Shown: positions 1 to 10,396, counted from the first letter of the stretch. The stretch is 64,000 nt of DNA from Candidatus Methylomirabilia bacterium (GCA_041490825.1 JBGPTW010000011.1:2903-66902), one strand, 5' to 3'. The notes: generated from the sequence alone by a model not told the origin. A program made the numbers and translations.

Positions 1-44
1 CGCGTGACGATGGCGCGCGTGCTCAGAGGCTCACGCGAGGCGGC

Positions 45-73
45 TTGACAATGCCCCGCGGGCCATTTGTAAT
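45..73 (+). promoter_or_regulatory. sigma70-like promoter of the Liv-type ABC operon
   Basis: TTGACA (45-50), 17-bp spacer, TGTAAT (68-73), upstream of SD GGAGG and ATG 121. Confidence 0.6.
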
Positions 74-120
74 CGCCCGCACTCGGGATTTCCGATCGAG
101 GCTGCCAAGGGGAGGACACC

Positions 121-1440
121 ATGTTCCATCGTAGATTGACGCGCCTTGCGTCCGGGCTGATCGCGGCAACGTTGGTGCTGGGCCTGTCGTTCGTTCCGCA
201 GGCCCCCGCCCAGACGAAGAAGCTCAAGATCGGAGTGGTCTACGACTATACCGGGCCCCTGGCCGGGGGCGGCTCGGACCTGCACGCGCTCGGCGCCAAG
301 ATCATGATCGACCACTTCATCAAGAAGGGCGGCGTCGAGGGCTATCAGATCGAGGCGCTCTATTCCGACGCGCAGAGCAAGCCCGAGGTCGCGATCAACG
401 AAGCGGTGCGCCTGATCGAGCAGGAGAAGGTCGACATGCTGCTCGGCTTCTACTCTTCGGCGCAGTGCGTCCCCGCGGCGGCGCGCATCGAGCAGCTCCA
501 CAAGTTCATGTGGATCACCACGTGCATCTCCTCGGCCGTGCTCGAAAACCGACATCTGAAGTACGTCTTCCGTTCGCAGCCGAGCGGCCGTCAGTTCGGT
601 CTGATGTCGATGGACTTCCTCGCGCAGAACGCGAAGGCCAAGCTCGGCAAGGAGCCGAAGGATCTCCGCGTCGCGATCATCCACGAGGACGGCGCCTACG
701 GCGTCGACGTCTCGAAGGGCAACGAGGAAGGCGCGAAGAAAGCCGGCTTCAACGTCGTGCTGAAGGAAGGGTACTCCGCGACGGCGCCCGATCTGTCGTC
801 GCTGGTGACGAAGCTGAAGCGCGGGCGTCCGGACGTCATCTTCCACACCGGCTACAACCCCGACATCACGCTCTTCCTGCGACAGGCCCGCGAGCTGGGG
901 CTGCGCTTCAGCGCGTTGATCGGCCACGGCGCAGGCTACGGGGTCTACGACAAGCTGAAGGAGGCGCTCGGCAAGGACGTGAACTACTTCTTCAACGTCG
1001 ATCCGATCTCGATCTGGCTGGTCAACGAGAAGGCCCTCAAGCCCGGGCTGCCGGCCATGATCAAGATGGTCGGCGACGAGTACGAGAAGGCGCGGCCGGG
1101 GACCGTCATCAAATCCGCGCACGTCGGCATGGCCGCCAGCAACACCTACGTGTTCATGACGGAAGTGCTCCCTCGCGCGATCAAGAAGTACGGCGGGGTC
1201 GACGCGGATGCCCTCCGCAAGGCCGCGCTCGAGGTCGATCTGCCGGAAGGCGGCACGATGCTCGGCTTCGGCGTCAAGTTCGAGCCGGAGTCTGGCCCGA
1301 TGGCCGGCCAGAACGATCGCGCCTTCCCCGTCATCGTGCAGTACATCGACGACAAGGCGAACGTCGTGTGGCCGAAGAGCCTGCAGCATCGCGAGCCGGT
1401 GCTGCCGCTGCCGTCCTCGTCGCCCTACTCAGCGCAGTGA
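121..1440 (+). CDS. livK: branched-chain amino acid-type ABC substrate-binding protein (LivK/Peripla_BP_6 family)
   Basis: Signal peptide, LKIGVVYDYTGPLA N-terminus; first gene of a complete Liv-type operon; true substrate unknown. Confidence 0.85.
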   Translation: MFHRRLTRLASGLIAATLVLGLSFVPQAPAQTKKLKIGVVYDYTGPLAGGGSDLHALGAKIMIDHFIKKGGVEGYQIEALYSDAQSKPEVAINEAVRLIEQEKVDMLLGFYSSAQCVPAAARIEQLHKFMWITTCISSAVLENRHLKYVFRSQPSGRQFGLMSMDFLAQNAKAKLGKEPKDLRVAIIHEDGAYGVDVSKGNEEGAKKAGFNVVLKEGYSATAPDLSSLVTKLKRGRPDVIFHTGYNPDITLFLRQARELGLRFSALIGHGAGYGVYDKLKEALGKDVNYFFNVDPISIWLVNEKALKPGLPAMIKMVGDEYEKARPGTVIKSAHVGMAASNTYVFMTEVLPRAIKKYGGVDADALRKAALEVDLPEGGTMLGFGVKFEPESGPMAGQNDRAFPVIVQYIDDKANVVWPKSLQHREPVLPLPSSSPYSAQ

Positions 1441-1447
1441 TCGGCTC

Positions 1448-2191
1448 TTGCTCAGCGTCGAAGGGCTGACGAAGCGCTTCGGCGGCTTCACGGCCGTCAA
1501 CGATGTGTCGTTCGAGGTCGAGAAGGGCGAGATTCTCGGCCTCATCGGTCCCAACGGGTCCGGCAAGAGCACGATCTTCAACGTGCTCTCCGGGACCTTG
1601 ATGCCGAATCGCGGCTCGATCCGTTTCGAGGGACGCGAGATCGCCGGTCAGGCGCCGCATCGGATCGTCAATCTCGGCATCGGTCGAACGTTTCAGATCC
1701 CGCGGCCGTTCCGCCGGCTCTCGCTCGTCGACAACGTGGTGCTGGCAGGGTTCTTCGGGCAGGGCCGACATTCGCGTATTCGAGCGTTCGAGGCGGCCGA
1801 GCGCGCGCTCGGTCTGGTGGGGCTGCCGATCGATCGCGCCGTCACGGTCGACGGACTCGGCGCAGCCGCGCTGAAGAAGCTGGAGCTCGCCAAGGCGCTG
1901 GCCACGGCCCCGAAGCTGCTGCTCGCCGACGAGAGCCTGAGCGGTCTGGACGAGCACGAGATGGATCAGGCTGCCGACTTGCTGCGCCGGATTCGCCAGG
2001 AGCTCGGCATCACGATCATCTGGGTCGAGCACATCATGGGCGTCCTGATGCGCGTGGTGGACCGGGTCATGGTGCTCGATCACGGCGAGAAGATTGCCGA
2101 GGGCCTCCCCGCTCGGGTCGCGACGGATCCGCGCGTGATCGAGGTGTACCTCGGGACCGAGGCCGCGCGCACGGTCGCATGCTCGAGCTGA
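1448..2191 (+). CDS. livG: Liv-type ABC ATP-binding protein
   Basis: Walker A GPNGSGKST, LLLADES, IIWVEH; start inferred at TTG 1448 within ORF 1208-2191. Confidence 0.88.
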   Translation: MLSVEGLTKRFGGFTAVNDVSFEVEKGEILGLIGPNGSGKSTIFNVLSGTLMPNRGSIRFEGREIAGQAPHRIVNLGIGRTFQIPRPFRRLSLVDNVVLAGFFGQGRHSRIRAFEAAERALGLVGLPIDRAVTVDGLGAAALKKLELAKALATAPKLLLADESLSGLDEHEMDQAADLLRRIRQELGITIIWVEHIMGVLMRVVDRVMVLDHGEKIAEGLPARVATDPRVIEVYLGTEAARTVACSS

Positions 2192-2883
2192 CGTCCGTCT
2201 GCGCTGGGTACGGCAGCTTTCAGGCACTGTTCGACGTCTCGCTCGAGGTGCGTCCCGGCGAGGCCGTCGGCGTCATCGGTCCGAACGGTGCCGGCAAGAC
2301 CACGCTGATGCGGGTGATCTCCGGTCTGATCCGCCCGACGTCCGGCGCGATCGTGATGGAAGGCGTCGACCTCGTGAAGACGGCGGCGCACCGGATCGTG
2401 GAAGTCGGGGTCGCCCACGTGCCGGAGAGTCGCCGGCTCTTCCCGCGCATGACCGTCGAGGACAATCTCAAGATCGGCGGTTTCATGCCGGCGGCGCGTT
2501 CGAAATTCCGCGCACGGCTCGACGTCGTCTACGAGCTCTTTCCGCGGCTGCGCGAGCGCAAGAAGCAGCTCGCGGGCACCATGTCCGGCGGCGAGCAGCA
2601 GATGTGCGCGATCGGTCGCGCGCTGATGTCCGAGCCCAAGCTGCTGCTGCTGGACGAGCCGTCGGCCGGTCTCGCGCCGGTCGTCGTGCAGCAGCTCTTC
2701 GAGCTCCTGAAGCGGATCCGCGCCGGCGGCCTCACCGTGCTGATCGTCGAGCAGAACGTCCGGCAAGTGCTGCGGGTGGTCGATCGGGCCTACCTGCTGA
2801 AGACGGGAAGCATCCGCGCCGCCGGCACCGCCGGGGAGCTCCTGGAGAGTGAAGCCATCCGCGAGGCCTATCTCGGCGTCTGA
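2179..2883 (+). CDS. livF: Liv-type ABC ATP-binding protein
   Basis: GPNGAGKTT, MSGGEQQM, LLLDEPSAGL. Confidence 0.92.
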   Translation: MLELTSVCAGYGSFQALFDVSLEVRPGEAVGVIGPNGAGKTTLMRVISGLIRPTSGAIVMEGVDLVKTAAHRIVEVGVAHVPESRRLFPRMTVEDNLKIGGFMPAARSKFRARLDVVYELFPRLRERKKQLAGTMSGGEQQMCAIGRALMSEPKLLLLDEPSAGLAPVVVQQLFELLKRIRAGGLTVLIVEQNVRQVLRVVDRAYLLKTGSIRAAGTAGELLESEAIREAYLGV

Positions 2884-2903
2884 GCCGAGGGGGACGAGGT
2901 CAG

Positions 2904-3773
2904 ATGGGCATCTTCGACATCTTCCTGCTCGAAGCGCTGATCAACGGCATCCTGCTGGGTGGCGTCCTGGCCTTGCTGTCGCTTGGCCTCAACCTGGTCT
3001 TCGGCGTCATCGACGTCGTCTGGATCTGCTACGCCGAGCTGATCATGCTCGGGATGTACGGCATGTATTTCCTGTACAGCCGCTTCCACGTGTCGATCCT
3101 GATATCGGCGGCAATCTGTATCGTCGGCGTCGGCATCCTGGGTCTCATCCTGCATGCGCTGGTGATCGCTCCGCTGCTCGGAACCGCACCGATCAATCAG
3201 CTCCTGGCCACCGGCGGTGTTCTCTTCTTCCTGCAGTCCGCGGCGACGGTGCTGTTCGGCATCGAGTTCAAGAACCTGGGCCTGCGCCTGCCCGTGCTCA
3301 AGCTGTCGGGGATCTTCATCAGCTACTCGCGTCTTCTGGCCTTTGGCGCGGCGCTCTCCGGCATGGTGCTGGTCTATCTGTTCCTGACGCGTACCTACAC
3401 GGGGATCGCGATCCGGGCCATCGCCCAGGACCGTCAGATCATGACGCTGATGGGCGTCGACAGCCGCCGGATGTACCTCATCACCTCCGCGATCGGCGGC
3501 GCGCTGGCCGGGCTGGCCGCCTGCCTCCTGGTGCTGCAATACGACGTCCATCCCTTCGTGGGCCTGTCGTTCGGTCCGATCATCTTCCTCGTCTGCGTGC
3601 TGGGCGGCCTCGGGAATTTCGTCGGCGGTTTCGTCGCCGCCTTCGTGTTCGCCGAGATCATCTCCGTGGGCGGGCTCTACCTCGATCTCGAATGGGGCTA
3701 CGTGTTCGCCTTCGCGTTCTTCATCGTGATGATGTTCGTGCGGCCCGAGGGGCTGCTGACACGGCGACCATGA
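2904..3773 (+). CDS. livH: Liv-type ABC permease
   Basis: Hydrophobic; NGILLGG...GLNLVFGV and GIAIRAIAQD motifs. Confidence 0.9.
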   Translation: MGIFDIFLLEALINGILLGGVLALLSLGLNLVFGVIDVVWICYAELIMLGMYGMYFLYSRFHVSILISAAICIVGVGILGLILHALVIAPLLGTAPINQLLATGGVLFFLQSAATVLFGIEFKNLGLRLPVLKLSGIFISYSRLLAFGAALSGMVLVYLFLTRTYTGIAIRAIAQDRQIMTLMGVDSRRMYLITSAIGGALAGLAACLLVLQYDVHPFVGLSFGPIIFLVCVLGGLGNFVGGFVAAFVFAEIISVGGLYLDLEWGYVFAFAFFIVMMFVRPEGLLTRRP

Positions 3774-4729
3774 CGCGGCCTCTGCCCTGGATCGCGGGCG
3801 CGGCCCTCATCGCGCTGCCGTTCGTCTACCGGTCGCCGTATCCGCTTCACATCCTGATCATCATCCTGATCTGGTCGTTCGCCTACACGTCCTGGTCGAT
3901 GATGGGACGGTTCGGCCTGGTGTCGCTCGGCCACGGAGGGTTCATGGGGACCGGCGCCTACGTGACGGCGCTGCTGTGGAACTCCAGGGGTGTGAGCCCA
4001 TGGATCGGCATTCCGCTCGCCCTGGTCGCCGGCGGGGCACTGGCGGTCCTGGTGGCGTACCCCTGCTTTCGCTTCCGCATCAAAGGCCATTACTTCGCGC
4101 TGGTCACGCTCGCGCTGAGCGGCATCGTCCTCCAGGTGATCACCGCCACTCGCGACTACACCGGTGGCTCGCTCGGCTACACGCCGGAACGGTACCAGGG
4201 CGGCAGCTCGATCTACGCGCTGCAGTTCAGCGGGAAGACGACGTGGTACCTGATCGCGCTCGCGGTCTGGGCGGCCGGGCTCTACGTGTGGTATCGCGTC
4301 GATCGCAGCATGCTGCGCTATGCGCTCGAGGCGATCTCCGAGGACGAGGACGCCGCCGCCGCGACGGGCGTCCACGTGACCGCCGAAAAGCTCAAGATCA
4401 CCGTGCTGAGCGCGGTCATGACGGCGCTCGCCGGCGCGCTCTATTGCCAGTATCAGATGTTCATCTCGCCCGACACGGTGAGCGGCATCTCGATCTCGCT
4501 GCAGATGGTGTTCGCGGTGGTCGTCGGCGGGATCTACGTGTCGCTCGGCCCCACGGTCGGAGCGGTGATCACGATCTCGCTGGCCGAGGTGCTGCGTATC
4601 TCGTTCGGCACTGCTGCGGTCGGCTGGGACAACCTGATCTACGGCGCCCTCCTGGTGGTCTTCATCATCTTCCTGCCGAAGGGCATCCTGGGAAGTCTGC
4701 TCGGCCTGCGCCGGGCCCGCGCGATCTGA
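3770..4729 (+). CDS. livM: Liv-type ABC permease
   Basis: ATGA overlap with livH; GLVSLGHGGF, AISEDEDAA, PKGILG motifs. Confidence 0.9.
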   Translation: MTRPLPWIAGAALIALPFVYRSPYPLHILIIILIWSFAYTSWSMMGRFGLVSLGHGGFMGTGAYVTALLWNSRGVSPWIGIPLALVAGGALAVLVAYPCFRFRIKGHYFALVTLALSGIVLQVITATRDYTGGSLGYTPERYQGGSSIYALQFSGKTTWYLIALAVWAAGLYVWYRVDRSMLRYALEAISEDEDAAAATGVHVTAEKLKITVLSAVMTALAGALYCQYQMFISPDTVSGISISLQMVFAVVVGGIYVSLGPTVGAVITISLAEVLRISFGTAAVGWDNLIYGALLVVFIIFLPKGILGSLLGLRRARAI

Positions 4730-4788
4730 GCCATGGCGCTCCGCATCCTGCGCGCCGTCTCGGAAGGCCCGGCCGGCGCGCCCACGTC

Positions 4789-5724
4789 ATGATCCAGGGA
4801 TCCAGATCGCCGGCCGATCGATTCGGGATGATCGCGATCACCGGCATCGGCCTGCTCATGGCTCTCGCCGCGACCATCGATCCGCTCGCGCCATCGGTAG
4901 GCGAGCCGGGCGCCCGCCTCATGGTCCGACTGCCCGATCGAGTCCGAATCGTCGCCTTTGCGTTGTTCGCGCTGTCCGCGATGATCTTCCTTGCGCTGCA
5001 ACGCCCGCGACGCCGGAACGCCCAGGCCCCGTTCTCGCCGCACCGCGAGCCCCGGCGGCTTTCGCCCTGGGCCGCGGCGCTCCTGTCCCTCCCGGTTCTG
5101 GTATCGCTCACCGCGGTTGCGTATCTCGTCTGGTATCGATGGTCCACCGGGGGCGGCCAGCCGATCGGCGCCGGCTTCGCGGCCATCTCGCAACTCCTGG
5201 AGCTTCTGTCCAGCTCACGCAAGCCGACGGCTTCGGCGCCGCTCTTCAACGCCGCGCTCGCGGCTCTCGTCCTGATGGCCGCTGTCGCGACGCTGGCGCT
5301 CATGCTCTTGATCACGTTCGCCGAGCGGCTGCACACGTGGTGGGCCGGCCAGATTTTCGACGACGCGGCCCCGCAGCTTCACGGGGCGATCGTGGACAGC
5401 CTCGACGACCTCCGAGCGGAGCCCGACGCGCGAGCCGCCATCGTCCGCGTGTATCGCCGCTTCGAGCACGCGCTGTCCACGGCTCGCACGCCGCGCGCGC
5501 CGTGGCAGACACCGTCAGAGTTCATGGGCGCCGCGCTCGCGCGGCTACCAGTGCCGCGCCCGCCGGTCGAGCGCCTCACCGCGCTGTTCGAGATCGCGCG
5601 GTTCAGCAACCGGCAGATGGGGACCGAGGCACGTGACTCCGCCTGCGACTGCCTGGACGAAATCAACATCGCGCTGGACGACATCGCCCCCGCGCTCGGA
5701 CGCGAGACCCGGCATGCACTCTGA
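4789..5724 (+). CDS. DUF4129 domain membrane protein
   Basis: TM segments then DARAAIVRVYRRFEHAL...WQTPSEF...LTALFEIARFS; lies in a MoxR/DUF58 cluster. Confidence 0.75.
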   Translation: MIQGSRSPADRFGMIAITGIGLLMALAATIDPLAPSVGEPGARLMVRLPDRVRIVAFALFALSAMIFLALQRPRRRNAQAPFSPHREPRRLSPWAAALLSLPVLVSLTAVAYLVWYRWSTGGGQPIGAGFAAISQLLELLSSSRKPTASAPLFNAALAALVLMAAVATLALMLLITFAERLHTWWAGQIFDDAAPQLHGAIVDSLDDLRAEPDARAAIVRVYRRFEHALSTARTPRAPWQTPSEFMGAALARLPVPRPPVERLTALFEIARFSNRQMGTEARDSACDCLDEINIALDDIAPALGRETRHAL

Positions 5725-6166
5725 ACAGCATCCGGGGCCAATCGCCGTCCGCTATGCCGTGCTCGTGGGCTTCGTGACCCTCGTCGCGGTCCCGGTGTAC
5801 GTCTTCGTCGAGCCGCCGTGGCGCGGCCTCGTGATGCGTCTCGCCTCGGCGCTCGTTCTCGGTGTCGCGATTCTCGAGCTGCGCGGCACGCTGGCGCGAG
5901 CGCTCACGGAGATCGGAAGATCTCCGCTCGACGACGCGCGCGCTCCTGCCGTGACCCGGCCGGACGTCCCGCCGCGCTTCCTGGCGCTGATCGACGACGT
6001 CCGCGCCGCCGTCCGGAGCCGGCGCTACTTCGAGCAGGGCCTGTGGCCGCGGCTGGTGGCGCTCGCGTCGCGCCCGCTCGCGCGGCCCGCGCCGAGGTCT
6101 CTCGGCCGCGGTCCGAGCCTGGCGAGCCTCCGCAACGTGATCGCCGCCATCGAGAAGCAGCCGTGA
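5714..6166 (+). CDS. hypothetical membrane protein (MoxR cluster)
   Basis: Two TM helices; overlaps both neighbours. Confidence 0.65.
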   Translation: MHSEQHPGPIAVRYAVLVGFVTLVAVPVYVFVEPPWRGLVMRLASALVLGVAILELRGTLARALTEIGRSPLDDARAPAVTRPDVPPRFLALIDDVRAAVRSRRYFEQGLWPRLVALASRPLARPAPRSLGRGPSLASLRNVIAAIEKQP

Positions 6167-7119
6167 AGATCGCCGTCGTCGCCGAGCGGGCCCGCGAGGT
6201 CGTGCATGCGCTCGGCCGTGTCGTGGTGGGCAAGGACAAAGTGCTCGAGCAAGTCCTCGCCGGCATTCTCGCCAATGGTCACGTCCTGATCGAGGATTAT
6301 CCCGGCCTCGCCAAGACGCTCATTGCCAGGCTCCTGGCCCAGGCGCTGGACCTCGGCTTCCGCCGCATCCAGTTCACGCCCGACCTGCTTCCGAGCGACA
6401 TCACCGGCAGCTTCCTCTACGACCAGCGCGAGGGCCGATTCGAGTTTCGTCCGGGCCCGGTCTTCACCAACCTTCTCCTTGGCGACGAGATCAATCGCGC
6501 CACGCCGAAGACGCAGTCGGCGCTGCTGGAGGCCATGCAGGAGTCGCAGGTGACCGTGGAGGGACAGTCGTTCCCGCTGGCGCCGCCGTTCCTGGTCGTC
6601 GCGACGCAGAACCCGATCGAGCTGGAAGGCACCTATCCGCTACCGGAGGCGCAGCTCGACCGGTTCCTGATGCGGGTCAGCGTTGGCTATCCGGACCCGG
6701 AGGCGGAGCGCGAAATCTTGAGGAAACGGCGCGAGCGACGCACGGACGCCGCAACACTTGCCACGATCGTCTCCCGGGAGGATTTGCTGGCCATGCAGCA
6801 AGCGCTCGAGGAAGTGTTCGTGAGCGACGCGCTCGAGCGCTACATCGTCGACCTCGTACAGGCGACGCGCGCCGACCACCGCGTGGCGCTCGGCGCCTCG
6901 CCCCGCGGCAGCCTCGCTGTCCTCAAGCTCGCCCGGGCGGAGGCGGCGCTGCGCGGCCGCGACTTCGTTCTTCCGGACGACGCCAAGGCCGTTGCGGTCG
7001 CGGCGCTGGCCCATCGTCTCCTCCTCAAGCCGGAGCTGTGGATCTCGAAGATCACTCCGGTCCAGGTCGTGGAGGATCTCCTCCGGCAGGTCCCGACGCC
7101 GACGGCGGAGTCGTCGTGA
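6163..7119 (+). CDS. moxR: MoxR family AAA+ ATPase
   Basis: DYPGLAKT, RIQFTPDLLPSDITG, DEINRATPKTQSALLEAM, ATQNPIE. Confidence 0.95.
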   Translation: MKIAVVAERAREVVHALGRVVVGKDKVLEQVLAGILANGHVLIEDYPGLAKTLIARLLAQALDLGFRRIQFTPDLLPSDITGSFLYDQREGRFEFRPGPVFTNLLLGDEINRATPKTQSALLEAMQESQVTVEGQSFPLAPPFLVVATQNPIELEGTYPLPEAQLDRFLMRVSVGYPDPEAEREILRKRRERRTDAATLATIVSREDLLAMQQALEEVFVSDALERYIVDLVQATRADHRVALGASPRGSLAVLKLARAEAALRGRDFVLPDDAKAVAVAALAHRLLLKPELWISKITPVQVVEDLLRQVPTPTAESS

Positions 7120-8393
7120 TCTGGCGGCCGACGCCGCTGAACATCTCGTTCATGACTCTCGTCGGATGGGCGCTCTTTCTCGGTGTCCTCACCGGCCGCG
7201 CCGATGTGATCGTCGCTGCCGTTCCCCTGATCGTCGCCCTCATGGCCGCGCGACGTGCGATGGCGCCGCCGGAGTGGCAGCTCACCCACGAGGTCTCCTC
7301 GGATCGGGTGTTCGAGGACGACCGGGTGACCGTCACCGTCACGCTCTCCGCTCGCACGTCGATGCCGCTGGTGGAGCTACTGGAGCCGCTGCCGCCGCTG
7401 GTCCATCTCGAGCAGGGGTGCAATCACGCCTTCTTCACGCTGCGGCCGGGAGAGGACGTCCGCTGGACGTTCGAGCTCCGCTGCGCCGGTCGCCAACGTC
7501 TGCGGCTCGGCGATGCTCACGTACGGCTGTGGGAGCCGCTGGGTCTCGTCGCGGCAGAGACGCGCGACCACCAGCGCACGACGGTCGCCGTCTACCCCCG
7601 CGTCACCAGGGTGCAACGCCTGCCGCGCCCCGCGCGGACGCAGACGTTCGTCGGCAACCACGTGTCGGCGGTGCAGGGGGAAGGCATCGAGCCCGGCGAG
7701 ATCCGTCCGTTCACGTCCGGTGATCAGATCCGCCACGTGAACTGGCGCGCGACCCTGCGGCGCGGCGAGCTCCACGTGACGCAGCATCACCCGGAGCGGA
7801 ACGCCGACGTGATCCTGATGCTGGACACGCTGTCCGCGGTGGGTCCGGACGGTGGGACAGCCATCGACCTCGCCGCGCGCGGTGCCGCCTCCCTCGCGGC
7901 GGCCTACCTCGCCCGCCGGGACCGCGTCGGCCTGATCGAGTACGGCGGTGTGCTCCGCTGGGTGAAGCCGGGCTCCGGTCGCGCGCAACGGGAGCGCCTG
8001 CTGGACACGCTGCTCCGGGCGTCGGTCGTCTTCACGCATGTGGCCAAGGATCTCGACCTCGTCCCGCGACGCGTGCTGCCGCCCCAGGCTCTGATCATCG
8101 CGCTGAGCCCGCTGCTCGACGCGCGCTTCGTGAAGGCGGCGACGGATCTCGCCGCCCGCCGCTTCGACCTCATCATCGTCGCCATCTCGCCGATCGCCCC
8201 GGCGAAGGCCTCCGTGGCTCGCTCGCCTGTCGCCGACGTGGCCGCGGGACTCTGGGCGCTCGACCGGCGCATCGAGCTCGACGACTTGCGTCGCCGAGGG
8301 CTCACGATCGTCGAGTGGAACGGCGCCGACCCGCTCGAGACGGCCCTCGGCGCGCTGCGCCGGCCGCGGTTTCGCTCGGTGGTCGCCGGCTGA
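7116..8393 (+). CDS. DUF58 domain protein
   Basis: EIRPFTSGDQIRHVNWRAT, RDRVGLI; follows moxR with GTGA overlap. Confidence 0.88.
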   Translation: MIWRPTPLNISFMTLVGWALFLGVLTGRADVIVAAVPLIVALMAARRAMAPPEWQLTHEVSSDRVFEDDRVTVTVTLSARTSMPLVELLEPLPPLVHLEQGCNHAFFTLRPGEDVRWTFELRCAGRQRLRLGDAHVRLWEPLGLVAAETRDHQRTTVAVYPRVTRVQRLPRPARTQTFVGNHVSAVQGEGIEPGEIRPFTSGDQIRHVNWRATLRRGELHVTQHHPERNADVILMLDTLSAVGPDGGTAIDLAARGAASLAAAYLARRDRVGLIEYGGVLRWVKPGSGRAQRERLLDTLLRASVVFTHVAKDLDLVPRRVLPPQALIIALSPLLDARFVKAATDLAARRFDLIIVAISPIAPAKASVARSPVADVAAGLWALDRRIELDDLRRRGLTIVEWNGADPLETALGALRRPRFRSVVAG

Positions 8394-8893
8394 TGCGCTT
8401 CGTCGCGTTCGCCCTTCTCCTTGCGCTCGTCGCGCTTCCGCTGGCCGTTCTGCCGTCGCTGCCGCTCGCCTGGCTCGCCGTTCCGGGGTTCATCATCGGC
8501 GTCGTGGGAGTGATTGCGCTGTCCGTGCCCCTGGTGACGGCGGGCGCCGCGCTCGCGTTGATCGAATACACGCTCGCGCTCACGATCACCAAAACCCCCG
8601 TTGACGTCGTCACCGCAGCCGGATTCGGCGCGGCGGTCTTCCTTCTCCTCCAGCTCGTTCACTTCGCCGGCCGCGTTCACGGCGCTACGATCGGCTCCGC
8701 CGTCATCGCCTCGCAGATCCGCCACTGGCTGGCGATCGTGGGTATCGCTTCCGCGGTCACGATCGTGCTGACCATCGGCGCGCCGGCGGTCCGGCTCGCG
8801 CTGACGGGCGTGCCGCTGCCGCTCGTCGTCGTCGCCGGCGCGCTGGGCGCTCTGGTGACGATCGGCGGCGTCATCGCACTCGCGAGGCGATGA
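8393..8893 (+). CDS. hypothetical membrane protein
   Basis: Highly hydrophobic ORF; ATG 8393 overlaps the upstream stop. Confidence 0.65.
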   Translation: MRFVAFALLLALVALPLAVLPSLPLAWLAVPGFIIGVVGVIALSVPLVTAGAALALIEYTLALTITKTPVDVVTAAGFGAAVFLLLQLVHFAGRVHGATIGSAVIASQIRHWLAIVGIASAVTIVLTIGAPAVRLALTGVPLPLVVVAGALGALVTIGGVIALARR

Positions 8894-8899
8894 ACCGCG

Positions 8900-10396
8900 A
8901 TGCCCTTGCCGGCCGGCCTCAGGGCGTTGAGCCATCGCGATTTCCGCGTTTTCTGGAGCGGGCAGATCGTGTCGCTGGTCGGAACGTGGATGCAGCGCGT
9001 GGGACAAGCGTGGCTGGTCCTGGAGCTCACGAATTCGGCGTTCAAGCTTGGCATCATCAGCGCGCTCCAGTTCGCGCCCGTGCTGCTCTTCTCCGTCCCC
9101 GCGGGAGCCATCGTGGATCGCGTGCCCAAGCGCCGGCTTCTCGTCGCCACGCAAAGCGTTCTCATGCTGCAGGCGTTCGTGTTGACGGCTCTGGTCTGGA
9201 CGGCCCGTGTGCGCTACTGGCATGTCGCGGTCCTGGCGACCGTCTACGGGCTGGCCAATGCCTTCGACATTCCGACGCGGCAAGCGTTCGTGGCCGACAT
9301 GGTGACGAAGCGGGATCTCATGAACGCGATCGCGCTCAATTCTGCGATGTTCAACGCGGCGCGACTCATCGGTCCCGCCGTGGCCGGCCTGCTCATCGCC
9401 CGGTACGGGCTGGCCCAAGCCTTCTTGCTCAATGCCGTGAGCTTCATCGCGGTCATCGTGGCCCTGTCCTTCCTCCGGGCCGACGGCGCGCCTCATCCAT
9501 CTCCCGGCACGACGATGTTCGAGAAGATCCGGGGCGGCTTGCAGTACGTGGGTGCGACGCCCGTCATCGGGTTCGTCCTCGCCCTGTTGCTGTCGGTCGG
9601 ATTCTTCGTGATCAACTTCAACGTGCTGGTCCCGCTGATCACGAAGCAGGTGCTTCACGCGGGCGCGAGGGAGTTCGGGTGGCTGATGGCGTCACTCGGC
9701 GGTGGAGCGATCGCTGGTGCCCTGTCGCTGGCGTACCTGATCCAGGGGCGGCCGCCGATCGCACTGCCGGTCGCCGCGGGGCTCGCCGTCTCGGCCGGGA
9801 CCATCGTCCTGGCGGCCGTGGAGCGGTTTCCGACTGCGGTCGGCCTGCTCATCGTGATCGGGTTCTCGCAGATCGTGTTCCAGGCGAGCTGCAACACGAT
9901 GCTTCAGGTGACCGTCCCCGATGCGCTCCGGGGACGCATCATGAGCTTCTATGCTCTCGTTTTTGCCGGGGCGACGCCGCTGGGTTCTCTGGCGGTCGGC
10001 TCGATCGCCGAGAAATTCGGAGTTTCGGGGGCGTGTGCGCTTGGCGGCGCGGGCGGCGTGCTCTCCGTGGCGATTCTCACGAGTTTGTGGACATGGGGGC
10101 CCCGACATGGCCCCCATACCCCCCGACGCTCGGGGCGTCCCGGGAAACCCGTGACGCCCCTCGAAAGTGATCGACATGGGGGCCTTGACATACCCCCGAC
10201 GGCTTTGCACAACAAGGCCGGTCACGCCGGGCTTTGTTGTGCAGCCGCCGATCCTGCCGAGAAAATGGCACAGGACCTTGCAGAGCGTCTCATTCACCAT
10301 TGCGGTGTCGCGCTTGCTCCGCAGCGAGTCGCCAAATTTCCGCTTGATCATGCTGAACGCGCTCTCCACGTTCGATCGCTTGTGGTAGTGCTCTAG
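8900..10396 (+). CDS. MFS transporter (MFS_3/DUF894-like) with aberrant repeat-derived C-terminal extension
   Basis: ALSHRDFRVFWSGQIVSLVGTWMQ and DRVPKRRL motifs, ~12 TMs up to ~10090; the frame then reads through a repeat and an IS remnant. Confidence 0.85.
   Translation: MPLPAGLRALSHRDFRVFWSGQIVSLVGTWMQRVGQAWLVLELTNSAFKLGIISALQFAPVLLFSVPAGAIVDRVPKRRLLVATQSVLMLQAFVLTALVWTARVRYWHVAVLATVYGLANAFDIPTRQAFVADMVTKRDLMNAIALNSAMFNAARLIGPAVAGLLIARYGLAQAFLLNAVSFIAVIVALSFLRADGAPHPSPGTTMFEKIRGGLQYVGATPVIGFVLALLLSVGFFVINFNVLVPLITKQVLHAGAREFGWLMASLGGGAIAGALSLAYLIQGRPPIALPVAAGLAVSAGTIVLAAVERFPTAVGLLIVIGFSQIVFQASCNTMLQVTVPDALRGRIMSFYALVFAGATPLGSLAVGSIAEKFGVSGACALGGAGGVLSVAILTSLWTWGPRHGPHTPRRSGRPGKPVTPLESDRHGGLDIPPTALHNKAGHAGLCCAAADPAEKMAQDLAERLIHHCGVALAPQRVAKFPLDHAERALHVRSLVVVL
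10091..10200 (+). repeat. two-hairpin REP-like element, copy 1 plus a truncated second head
   Basis: TGGGGGCC-CCGACAT-GGCCCCCA, then CTCGGGGCGTCCCGGGAAACCCGTGACGCCCCTCGA; partial head at 10167-10200. Confidence 0.9.

Noticed and set aside
9692-10369. 225-aa minus-strand ORF as an intact transposase
   Set aside because: Only the first ~35 codons are transposase-like; the rest runs through repeats and antisense MFS sequence.
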